From positions 4,347,404 to 4,411,403 of the forward strand of contig CAJFCJ010000007.1 in the NCBI GenBank assembly GCA_904063045.1: 64,000 nt of DNA, in the 5' to 3' direction. The translations under genes and the position numbers were made by a program. Positions 52,559 to 64,000 of the stretch are shown here, piece after piece (position 1 is the stretch's first letter; the number at the start of each line of letters is the position of its first letter). The notes beneath the pieces were generated by a model. That model was given only the letters and a program-made list of their open reading frames with translations, searched no databases and was not told where the DNA came from. This DNA is from Dimorphilus gyrociliatus (lineage: Eukaryota; Animalia; Annelida).

Positions 52559-55500
52559 ATGGAGGATTACAAAGGGGCCGATGATGACCTTGAGGACGAC
52601 GATGACGAATTGGCTCCCTTAGTTATAGAAACTCCCAGCACAAACTCACCGCAACCATCTGAGGGTCCAGCATTTCCGGTTCCAATGGAAATTGGGGGTG
52701 ATATTGATGACGATGAAGATACTTCTGCTACAGAGACGACAACTACTCCTAAACCAATGGTGAAACCGATTCGTCAACCATCGCCGAACAAATCGAGAAA
52801 AAAAGGCGACAAGATTCAACCAGTTGGAATAGCTCCCGACGGTTCCGTGCATTTCAAGTGTCCGGTATGCAGTATGGTTCTTCAATCGCAACACGATTTA
52901 ACCAAGCATATCAGAACGCACAATACTATTGCGGCATCACCTGGATCAAGCAACACCTGTACAATCTGTGGCAAAGTTCTCAGTAGTCAGAGTTCTCTCG
53001 ATAGACATATGCTCGTTCACTCGGGAGAAAGACCATTTCAGTGCAAGTACTGCTCCATGGCTTTTACAACCAATGGTAATATGCATCGCCATATGCGAAT
53101 TCATGCTAAGGAGGGAACCGCTACAACCTCCGCCGTTAAGAAGGCCAAACGTAAATCCGAACCACAAGAATTATCTGCTGTTACTGTTAAGAAGCAGCCG
53201 AAAGTTAATCAAACTCTACCTCCCTCCCAGGAAAAACCTATTCCGTCCAAGATGACGCCAAATGTGGCGAATGAATGCCCTGTCCAAGAATGCGGAAGAA
53301 AGGCCTTTCTAACTGCCTACGGATTAGACGCTCATATGAAGACGTGCCATTCAAATTTGATTCTTCAGTGCCCCGTTTGCTTCGTTCCATGTTCGTCGAG
53401 GCGTGTTCTTTTTCAGCATGTCTCTACTACCCACGGCACTCTCCCCAAGAAGAAGATAGAACAGGATGGAACCCGTGAAGAGGTATTGTCATTCCACGAA
53501 CTATCCTTCTTCGATTTCACTCATTCGAAATTTCCTCTAATCGCTAAGGTATGGTGTGATAAGAACAAGCTCGTCGAGAAGGATGATTCAGAAAAGCGTT
53601 TCGAGTGCTCAGTGTGCGATAGCCAATTCCCGAGCGAAGACACGTTGAGGATCCACAAAAATTGGCATGCTCTTGAAGGTCAGATGGCGTCCAGATGCGT
53701 CGAGTGCGATGTAGACTTCGAAGAAGCTTCAGAGTTGGACGAGCACGAGATTCGACACGTTAAGGATGCCGTATTGAAAAGAGCGGAAGTCAAGCACGAT
53801 ATACGCGAAGATGTCTCCCGTGAAGAGTTTCTCGCCGCTTTTGATTTGAAAGTGAACAAAGAAAATCAGAACGAGAAACAACTACAGCAAGCATCCTATA
53901 TTAACAGGCTACAAAAACTGTTTGAAAGTCCGACCCAGCCCGTCAAGTCGGAGCTACATCCCGCCTTTGGTTCGCCACCTTTTCCTGCCGTCAGCCTTCT
54001 ATCAGATGTTGCCAAAAAGTTCGAGTATCCGTTTCCCCAAGGAAGCCCTTCACCCGTTAAAGATGAAACTCCCCGTCCATACGTATGCCGATTATGCAGG
54101 ATTAATTTTTCTTCTAAAAGTAATGTTGAAAAACATCTTCAGACTAAACACGGAGTTCTGGTGAAGGACGAAATCGAGACGGCCATCTCCTGCTTCTCCC
54201 CGACGCATCTTACCCATCCCAATTCCGCCAACACTCTTCCCCAGATAACAACCCCTAATTCGAAATCATCCGTTCGCTTCGAGTGCCGTCTTTGCAACGC
54301 TTATTACGATAGAAGAGCCGATTGTGTCCGACACGTAACTCAACAACATTCTAACGTGCCTTGTGAAATTATTGATACTCAAATTGCTCAAGTTCCAGTC
54401 ACCCAACAGGAGACGCCAATTGATTTAAGCGTAAGACGAAATCGTAAGAATTCCTCGCCCGTTAGAAGTGGAACAAACTTGACACATTTCTGCGAAATAT
54501 GTCGAGCAGGTTTTACAGATGTTGAAGATCTTCAGCGTCATGTTCAGGCTAAGCATGAGGATAAGGAGATCCTAATGAGCGCTTTCGTTAAAGAAAAACT
54601 TCGCGAGAGGTTGGAAGTTAACAACAACACTGAGTTTTTTATGAGAACGAAAAAGAACTCATATTCAGATTCTCCACATAAACATGTATGCCCACATTGC
54701 TTCAGGGCATTCCCTTGGGAATCATCATTAAAGCGCCATGTGCTTACTCACACCGGCCAAAAGCCGTTCAAGTGCCCATGTTGTAGCGTGTACTTTTCAA
54801 CAAAATCGAATAGAGAACGTCACGTAGCAAGAAAGCACGGTTTAGACGTTCAAGATAGGGTTACGAAAATGCTGATGGAATTAGCCCATGCATGCTCATA
54901 TTGTACACGCTCACCACAGCGTTTCGCAACAAGCGAACAGCTAATCGCTCATCATACACTTTACCATGCGGATAAACCTCTTCCAGAGGAAGCTCAAGCT
55001 AGATCTTATCAAGATGAAGACGATGATGCCGATGTTAGCTCCAGAAGTACGTCGCCTGAGGCTGCTTCAACTTCTGCCGAATGCGGAAAATGCGGGGTTG
55101 TTTTGCCCTCAAGGAATCTATTGACAAGACACAATAGAGAAGAGCACCGGTCAGAAGTAGCTTTTAGATGCCACCTTTGCGACGCCAGTTTTCAAGTATG
55201 TTCAATAGTTTTACATTTGTAGCGAATAACTGAATAAATCTATTGTTAATGATTTTATAGGATAGGAGAGCGTGCGCTGAACACGTTGTAGCTAAACATC
55301 CAGAAGTTTGGAATGCTGTCTCGGAAAAAAATGGATATGACGATGTTCAAGCTCTTTGCGATTCGGTTGACGCAACCAGTGGCAACCATCGTGACGATTA
55401 CGACGAAAAAAGAATTCAAGCGGCTAAAGTCGCATGTTTCGCTTGTCGAAAGAGATTTGGTAGTTTGCAAGATTTACGACGTCACATGGCAACACACACT

Positions 55501-55712
55501 GGAGAGAGAGCTTTTGTTTGCCCACTATGTGCCAAACGATTTTCATTTAAGCACAGTCTGAGGCGTCACATGAGGCGGCACGAAATAAACGAGGCATCTG
55601 GTAGGTCTATTAACTTTGAATTATTATGTAATTAATTGACAAATAATTATTTATGTTGTCACATTTAGATTCGAACCCTGCGAGTCCTGCACCGGAAATG
55701 GCTAAGGCGTGA
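52559..55712 (+). CDS. RREB1: Ras-responsive element-binding protein 1 / hindsight (pebbled)-like multi-C2H2 zinc-finger factor. Exons 52559-55195, 55261-55600, 55669-55712, plus upstream exons
   Basis: Finger cluster CTICGKVLSSQSSLDRHMLVHSGERPFQCKYCSMAFTTNGNMHRHMRIH, the RREB1-type motif FHELSFFDFTHSKFPLIAKVWC, CPHCFRAFPWESSLKRHVLTHTGQKPFKC...FSTKSNRERH, a CtBP-binding PIDLS (54416-54430) and terminal fingers in the exon at 55261. Confidence 0.9.
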
Positions 55713-57507
55713 CAGAAATTTGTTAAATTTCCAAGCGTTTGTTTTCTCCCTTCATAATTTGTAAATCATATATTTGAAAGTTTGAGTTTGCGGTGAATGT
55801 TTTCAACAAAATTGTTGTTGTTTTTTTTTTCTGGCGCATTCCGTCCTAAATCGCTCCACTGTGATACACTTTTTTCCTTCGGATAGAGAATGTGGTCTAT
55901 TTTTTACTGCTGGTCTTACTATAATATCTATGCATTTTTTTTTGAAGAGTTGGTTTGAATATAATTAACCGAGGTTGTGTTTGCTCATCTTGCAATCCTA
56001 TACGCTATACAAGAAGCAAAATTGTGCGATAAAAGACGCTTGAATATTTGAAAATTTTAATTAGACAAATTATTATAATAATAATTAAGGAATCATAAAA
56101 AAATGTGTAGAAAATCCCTACATTATCTTTATTATTATTGATAATATTCTTTTACGTTTTCACATCTACCTATGTTTATTATTTATGTTCTAGTTTTAAA
56201 AATATTACATCATAATTTTATTTTTTGCTCTCTCTCTCTCTCTCTCTCTGTCTCTTACTTTTTCTTTATTTCTGTTATATTGATTTTTCTCAATCATATA
56301 TTAGCAATAATAATTCAATTCAAGAATTTAAAAAAAAAGAAATTGACGAGAAAATCTTCCAAAGTGGAATTGAAAACATTTTTTTCTAATAGTAAAAAAT
56401 ATTTTTTTTTTTAAAAAAAAAAAGAGAAAAAAATTTTATAGTAATTTTCGAGATAGTTGAAGAGAAAAAGAAATATATGTGTGTCGTATGTAAATAAATG
56501 TAGATTGTTTTTCTTTTTTTTGAATTCTTCTAAAGGTATATTATATATATTTTATATATATAATATATCTTTTCAATCCAAAATTTTTTGATCGTTTTTC
56601 AATGTCATTCATCCTTTTTTTTAAGTTGTTTAAATAAAAAAAGTTAAAGAGATTCATGTATATTTGATTCATTTTTATAAAATTCAATTTTTTTATCTCT
56701 TGAGCCTTTTTCCTTCCTTGTTTTATATCTCTTACACTAGTATACCTTGTCGTTCCGCCCCTTCCGCTCCCCCCCCCCCCACACCACTACCGCTCTGTCG
56801 CTCTCTCTCTCTTCTCTTTCAATCTTTTTCATTCTTTTTAATTTATATGGAAAATATACTATTTTTTCCATGTGATTGTTAATTATTTATAGAATCGTTC
56901 TTTGACACCGGAACGTTAAGAAAAGATCAATTCGGATAATGAACAATAGTTTATTGTTTCATTATATTCATTTCCTTTTCTAGAGCCATCTGCTGGTTTA
57001 TTGATCTATGTCCTAATTTGTTAACGTTTTCTCTAATTTATATTTTTCTTTCATGAAAAGGTAACTAACCTATCTGAATAATAGGAAAGTTATTCTGAAC
57101 ACACAACACAAGTATATGAGAATATACTGTATTAGGCCTAAATTTAGAAAAAAAACAAGATTTTTTCCCACTTCTCAGATTGGATTGTTATGTTATCTCA
57201 TTAAAAAAAGTATTCCGTACGATTTATAAAAAAGGGTATAAAAGAAAATATAATAATTGTTGTAGAAATGTTTAAATAGCCTAAGGACCGTTTTATATCG
57301 GTTTAAATTAACAATAGAAAACTAAGAATGGGTCCAGGTAAAGATTTATAATTGCCAGTAAAAGGTTAGAAAGGAAAAGGATAACGAGAATGAGAAGCAA
57401 AAAGAAAAAAGTATATAAATTAGGTTACTATTGCCGTGTCTTTTATTTATTGGATGATAAAAATATTGTTATTAGCTTAGTTATGTCGTCGACGTTGAAT
57501 TAACATA

Positions 57508-58439
57508 TTAATTAGTATTGTCATCGATCCAATCCAAATATTCAGAAACTCTTACGTAACCGGATGGTCTATCGATTCTACAACCAACTATAACGAATGA
57601 GGTTACACCAGCAATTTGGTGGGCACCTGCAGGACCAACTGGACAGTTCAATGGGCCACCGGAATCACCCTGGATGAGAAAATTGATTTTTACGGTAATT
57701 TAATATTAATTATTATTAATTAAGCTTACATTGCAGGCTCCGTTAACATCATTGTCATCGCTAATACAGATGTGATATTCGTATCTAGCCATAGAAATAC
57801 CTCTAAGAATACATTCGTCATTGGAAAGAACTCTAGTCTCAGCTTGTTGGAGAGTGTTTGGCAATGGACCGCCACCGAAAAGTCTGCCCCATCCGGTGAT
57901 TGTACAAGCTTGACCAGCTAAACTACCAACTCCTCTGCTTACGAGGGTAGCTGGTGAAACCCATGGTGAAGAGAAATCGAGAGCTTCTTCAAATCTGACA
58001 ACACCGATATCATTAGGGAAACCCAGGGATCCATCATTAATCCAGTTCTCATGACGAGTAACTCTGCTTGCAGTTCTAACTTGACCGCCAGTTTCATCGT
58101 CTCTGTTCAAAATACCAAATACAAGTCTGTAAGATGAAGCAGCACCAGTGATACAATGAGCAGCAGTCAAAACCCAGTTGCCATTTAGGACAGTTCCACC
58201 ACAACTGAAGATGAAATTAATTAATAACGACTTTCAATTGGTGTAATAATTAAATAAGCATACTTATGGGAACAAGAGATTGAGCAGCGTTGAATGGACA
58301 CCTGCCATGGCCAATCTCCTCTATTAGCATCCTCACCACCAACAATAAAGCCAGTATCCGTAGTTAGTTGAACAGCGGAGTGACGGGGTGCAGCATAAAC
58401 GGCTGAAAGAGCTAGAGCAAGAACAACAAAGATTTTCAT
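57508..58439 (-). CDS. Secreted S1A serine protease, elastase-like, similar to earthworm fibrinolytic enzyme A, 270 aa. Exons 58439-58264, 58204-57730, 57669-57508
   Basis: Signal peptide MKIFVVLALALSAVYA, mature N-terminus IVGG, catalytic motifs TAAHC, PNDIG and GDSGGP intact, GACNGDSGGPLNCP segment, GT-AG introns in phase. Confidence 0.95.
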
Positions 58440-58734
58440 CTTGTCCGAACTTCGAATGTATATTAGTAAAACATTCTATTTTCCCCTTAAATAGTATTTT
58501 TCAATGAAAATTTCATAGAGTCACAGATGTTTATCTATTAAAATACAATTTGACAATAATACAATCTTATTTTTCATACATTTCGCATGTCATTTCACAT
58601 GTTATTTATAATTCAATTTTGATATCTCATTCACAAATATTACAAGTACTTATATCATAGAGTCTCACTCTTTAATTACGCTTTTTATAGTATGAATAGT
58701 TTATAATGATTTCTACAAAAAACTAAAAGACAAT

Positions 58735-60500
58735 TTACAATTTATCTCTTTTACTAGAATTGTATAACATTTCAATATAATGCCTTTTTATTAGTTGTCT
58801 TCTAGGACGATTTGGAATATTATCTGAGTTATCAGAACGTATGGCCATATTACTCTTCCTTGAAAAGGCACCTCTGAAAGCTCCAAACATTTCACTCGCT
58901 TTCGAAGCTATTGATATTACACTTTTTTTAGCCGTGGCTAAACCATTACCAATCTCTTGTTGAATATTTTGTGCTTGACTAGGTTGTTGGATTTGTTGTG
59001 GCTTTTGTCCCATTTGTTGATTAGGATATTGTTGTTTTTGCATTTGTAACTGTTTTTGCTGTTGCAGTTGTTGAGGGTTAAATTGCTGCGGTCTCTGTTG
59101 TTGTTGTTGTTGTTTTTGTGGATTTTGAATTTGCTGTTGATTTTGCTGCTGGTTTTGAACTTGTTGTTGTTGTTGTACAGTTGGTTGTTGGCTTTTCTGC
59201 GGCATTCTAGTTTGCTGTTGAGGTTGTTGATTCGTTTGTTGTTGTTGTTGGTTAAATTGGGAATTTTGCAATTGTTGCTGCTGTATTTGTTGATGACTTT
59301 GTTGAGATTTTTGCATTTGCTGCTGGCCCTGCTGTGGGTATTGTTGTTGCTGTTGAATTTGTTGAGAATTCTGGGATTGATGAAGTGGTTTTTGACTATT
59401 CGATTGTAAATTACTTTCTTTAACATGAACGTGATTTTGCGGTAAAATTTGTTGAGATAATTGTTTTTCTTTATCTAATTGTAAACTTTTATCTGCTAAT
59501 TGTTTAATGTCATTTTCTTGAGTTGGTTTCTGTGATATATCTTCTAATACACTTTGATTTAAATTATTGTGTTTCGTGTCGAATTGCTGCTGTTGCTGTT
59601 TTCCAGATAAATCTTCATCTTTTTGGTCATTTTTGTTGGGTAAATTATCTTGTTGCTTAGGAATATTGGAAGGAGTTAGTTTTACTTCTTGATTAGATTT
59701 TGGCAGTTGATTTAATGTATGTGTTTGATCGTTTTGAGGAAAAGCCATATCTGTAAGGTTTTGATCATTCGTCGTTATGTTAAGAACTGGTGGAGTTTTT
59801 CGTTGATCAACGTTTGTCGAACTATTCAATTGTCTTTTGTCAAATTCAGCGTTATTTGCAGTTGGTAATACATGACCGGAAGGCTTATAAGGTCTGTTAG
59901 CTGTGTACAAAGAACATAAAGAATTATTCCCTTCATCAGATATAATGATTACTTTATTGACAAGTTCAAGTTCAAACAAACAGACAAAAGAGAATACGTC
60001 AAAGATCTCCCCTCCCTCCCTCCCTACCTTTTCCAACTACTGTACTTACGATCTGAGACGTTCTTACGCCAACGTCCCTTTTCATTTTCATCGTTTGTTA
60101 CATAATGTTCAAAAGTTGGTAAAGCTCCAGGTAAATATTCAATATCTCCTTCTCTTAAATTACTATCAATCTTCAAACCCATTTTAGATTTTTGATCTCT
60201 CGATAAAAATGGATCATCATAGGTATATAAATCGACATTAGAATTTTGACCTTCAATTCTTAATCTTTCGGGTGGGAGAATGGAAAGTACACTCCTCCTT
60301 TTTGTTATACAACCGAAAAGAACGAAAATCTTTTCGTAGCAAGTAGTCATTAATATTAATAAGACAAAAGCAAATGTTGTTAATATTAAGATTAGTAGTA
60401 AAATGGCTAAATGTTGTTTCTCTACGTTGTTTACTGCATCTGCTCTCCTGATGATTGGAAGATAATTTTGACTGTTATTAATCACTGTAATTTCATTCAT
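58735..60500 (-). CDS. Uncharacterised single-pass membrane protein with a Gln-rich low-complexity tail, about 538 aa. Exons 60500-60050, 59900-58735
   Basis: ORFs 60024..60500 and 58735..60036 join in frame through a 149-nt intron (C|GTAAGT ... TACACAG|CT, phase 1). One hydrophobic stretch (about aa 31-55) is followed by KRR. Confidence 0.75.
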
Positions 60501-60506
60501 TTAGTA

Positions 60507-60540
<34 letters not shown>

Positions 60541-62047
60541 TAAAGCTCTTCTAAAAGAACATTTAAGTTATATTTTCCTCTTTTTTTCCTTAATTAATTA
60601 AAAAAAAGTTAAGTTAATTAATTATTTTTTAAATTTAAAAAATATTTAATTATATTCAAACTCTAAACAGTGATATTAATGTCATATTTTCTTAACCAAT
60701 CAATCAGCTAATTATAGATGAATCTAAGAAAAATAAAGTATTACAGTTTTGTTTAAGGCCTATTCTACTGAATGTTTTAAACAAGTAAAAATATTATGGA
60801 TATAATAGAATGATAGAGAGATAGTTGAAGAGAATATATGTATATGCATGTGTATGTACTAAGGTTAAATGAATAATAATTCATATTTAGAATAGATCAA
60901 AGTTCGGTCAAAGGTTTCTTTTTTGATTTTCAATATAGACGTTCCAAAGTCAATTATTATGTTTAAAGATAGAAAGTCAAGAGATCACGTGATTAAAACG
61001 AAAGGAGAGACAGAAAATTAATACCATCATTATCTCTTTATTAAATAGTTCAAAGTTAATTTTATAAAATTAGTAAAAGTTATATATGGTTTATTTCAAT
61101 GACTTTGAGTTTGATCAAACTCGAATAAACGATTAATTTTCTTTTGATTTAAATAGATTTATATGTTAGTCGTGTTACCCAGCCACATCATCGCTAGTTC
61201 TTATTATTGACGAATATAATTCTAATAGTTGAATATAGTATCGATTATAGTTTACTATATATTAATATCTTGTATTAAACTTTCCAATTCTGCAGTGTCA
61301 ATAAAGTACTGCAACATATTAACACTAACTAAAAACCAAGTTCAACTTATTTCTTTTTTAACAAAAAAGAGAAAAAAACAACGTTCGAATTGTTAAAAAT
61401 TGCAGGATACCTAGCATTCTCTTAAATTATCAGATTGAAAGGAGCATTTTCAAAACTGAAAGAGAGTAGAAAAGAATATGGCAATATGAGAAAGAAGTAG
61501 AGAGAGAAAGAGAGAGAAGGGAAGAGAAAAGGAAATAAACAAAAATATTAATTAGCTTTTTCTACTTTTCTAGCAATTCAAGGAATAACGAAAAATAAAA
61601 AAATAATAAAAAATATTGCACAAAGAATAAATTTGTCAGTTTTTGTTTGAGTTATTTGTATCTAACAAAACAATGTACAATTAGATCAATTAATTACAAT
61701 AAAATAAATAAATAATTTTATTATAAATAGCCTTTTTTCATATCTTCCCTTCAATAATATATATATTTATATATTTTCATCCATTAATAACTTTCTTTCT
61801 TCCTATTTATCATCCTCTTATTCTTCTATATTCTCATTTGATGGGAGTTGTTAATAAATATGCTAAGTTTTTGTGTTATTTTTAGTAGAATATTAGAGAA
61901 CACATATAAGAAGTTTTTTTTAAGGTTAAAACTCTATAACCCTTTTACAATGGCGAATCAAAGTACATTTGAAGTTATATTATAGTTGATAAATGGGGGA
62001 AAAAAAGGCTACAGTTCGAGAGATCAAACGTTTTTTCAGCAGTGTTT

Positions 62048-63605
62048 TTAATCAGTTTTTAACCGCCTACTGAAATCTTCTTGCTGTTTCTGCATCATTT
62101 GTGGTTTTGGTTTCGCTCTTTTTAATCCTCCATCCCTAAAAAAACAAAATTCAAGCAATTTGATTTATGAAAATTCCTTTAAATACCCACCAATTGAGAT
62201 CAACTAGACCCCCTCTTTCAGCTATATACGATTTAACTCTATTAGCAAATTGAACTGATGATTCACCTTCCTATTTATAGAGAAGAAATAATAATAAATT
62301 ATATTGACAAATGAGAATAATAATATGTAATATTTATCTATATAATATTTATACAAACCCTTTGAGTTTGAGGAGGAAGGTACCAAACATCAACAACTAT
62401 AGCCCAGCTTGATAAAATATTGATAAGATGCTTAGCAAAATTTTCTTGACTGCTGTTCCAAAATGGATCCGCAAATCTTGAATCATACTACATAAAAAAA
62501 TCACGTTATTAATATAGTTCCAATATAGCTTTACAAGAAACTGTACTTTAATTGCTACAGGATATATAGTACTGCCAACTTCGAAACTTCCTTTCTTAAA
62601 CATCATAATAGATGTATTGTTAATGCAGGTCCCTAAGGATAGGATAATTATTATTTAGAAACATGATGAGCAAACAGTTAATTAATAACTAATTACCCTC
62701 TGGAAAGATTAATATCGGTAATTTATTAATATCCGATACGTGCTCCTTTAATCTTCTTGCAACAGCTTCTCGATCTTTAACTTCAGATCTTTGGAACCAA
62801 ATATGCGATTCAGCTCTTGAAAATCCTTTTTGTATAGCACCAAATAGACCACCTTGTTGTTGTCCAACCTAAAGTATTATTGATAAAAAGATAATCATTA
62901 AAAAAATAAAGATATTTTGCAACATAAGTGCTACAGAATGGATGCGATTTCAAAATATTTGTTGTTGTTTTTCTAGGCCTAACATACTTATTAAAATAAA
63001 AATACGAATATAATTTTTGTTTGTAAATCATGTTGAAATCAAAGGAACTACTTGTGTTTTTTTGTTATATATATAATAGGTCTAATAACTAGGCTAATTA
63101 ACCATTAAAATCTAAGTACAAGTACAATAAATATTGATTTGTTTAGTCCATATTTCTAAGAATAAATAATTTAAAAATAGAATAAAACATACTATATTTA
63201 TATAAAATTTATATGAAGATATATAAATATATATATATATATATGTATATTAGTATATATTAAATATAAAATGATGTGCATACCATTGCGTACATATTAT
63301 CACAGCCCAAGATAATAATATCAATTGGTGAGGTGTGATTAGCAACGCATATTCCGCCGCCTTTAGCTTTATTCTCTCTATTATATAACATAAAAGATGT
63401 TAAATATGTGAATAAGTATAAAATAATTATTTAATAAATAAAATAAGGTCAGTAGAAGAGAAAAGGTTTTAAGTAAATAACTTATAAATGAGCAATAAAT
63501 AATCAACTAACTTGTCATGGAAACGAATAACAGCTGAAAAAGCCCGGCTTCCCAATCGCATACAGGTAACATGTAATCTGTAAGTCAGCCATCTCTTAAC
63601 AACAC
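62048..63605 (-). CDS. GPAT3/GPAT4: Glycerol-3-phosphate acyltransferase 3/4 (AGPAT9/AGPAT6), 3' part; start lies beyond the window. Exons 63605-63512, 63377-63284, 62868-62697, 62632-62547, 62487-62359, 62270-62191, 62135-62048
   Basis: GICVANHTSPID (HxxxxD motif), HIWFQRSEVKDR, LPILIFPEGTCINNTSIMMFKKGSFE, PVAIKYD, FWNSS, WAIVVDVWYLPP, GGLVDLNWDGGLKR. All introns are GT-AG and in phase. Confidence 0.96.
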
Positions 63606-63745
63606 CTGAAATAATAACATTTAGTGATTTACAGTATATGAATTGAAACTGAATGGTTTGAATAATAGAACTAAACAACTAGAATACATAATAAATATTA
63701 TCTTTCAAGAAATATTAATATATTCATACTATATACATATAAATG

Positions 63746-63792
<47 letters not shown>

Positions 63793-64000
63793 ACAGTATA
63801 TAAAGCATAATAATTACTCATTTAATAATAGATATCTTTTTTATCACAGTTGATCAGTCTTAGCATTTAAACTAAGTTCTAATTTCTAGTACTAATTTCA
63901 ACACACAAAATGCATATATAAGCAAATACTATAAAAATCTATATACAGTACATAAATTAATAATTATGTATCAATACATCATTAAACCGCAAGATGGATT

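Larger units (their letters stand above)
1451..63800. repeat. Dispersed 11-mer TATACAGTATA / TATACTGTATA embedded in TA-rich tracts (17 exact copies)
   Basis: CAG form at 1451, 8275, 12768, 17776, 26670, 26705, 32319, 63790. CTG form at 7553, 8255, 8755, 20463, 23751, 30549, 33154, 34521, 60532. Several one-mismatch copies also occur. Confidence 0.9.

Noticed and set aside
52646-54164. Several short ORFs overlapping the RREB1 exon
   Set aside because: Alternative-frame and antisense by-products of GC-rich coding sequence.
58938-59426. Overlapping Asn-rich (-) and Leu-rich (+) ORFs
   Set aside because: These are shifted-frame and antisense shadows of the CAA/CAG-rich Gln tract.
63298-63311. 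TATCACAGCC miR-2-like seed
   Set aside because: Lies antisense within a GPAT coding exon with no hairpin.

Overview
AT-rich, intron-containing animal genomic DNA with many microsatellites and one 822-nt assembly gap (22760-23581). The 56-170 nt introns in housekeeping genes and an earthworm fibrinolytic-enzyme-A-like protease suggest a compact-genome lophotrochozoan, probably an annelid (inference). Nine protein-coding genes were reconstructed by hand from splice sites and reading frames: MYO6 3' part (+), an SRCIN1/KIAA1217 AIP3-domain gene (+), an FMRFamide-receptor-like GPCR (+), ARPC5 (+), USP39 (-), RREB1/hindsight (+), an elastase-like S1A protease (-), an orphan single-pass membrane protein with a Gln-rich tail (-), and the GPAT3/4 3' part (-). 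Five observations stand out. (1) Seventeen exact TATA-CAG-TATA or TATA-CTG-TATA words look like Tc1/mariner excision footprints. (2) A remote RREB1 first exon encodes a FOG/SALL-type NuRD-binding motif, and a second internal promoter could drop it. (3) The GPCR has an apparent GG 5' splice site. (4) Symmetric, partly Gln-rich cassette exons sit at the MYO6 large-insert position. (5) The SRCIN1-like gene has alternative myristoylated versus Cys-cluster N-termini. No tRNA, rRNA, CRISPR array or intact transposon was found. All counts are manual and all homology calls are from recall of conserved motifs, not database searches.
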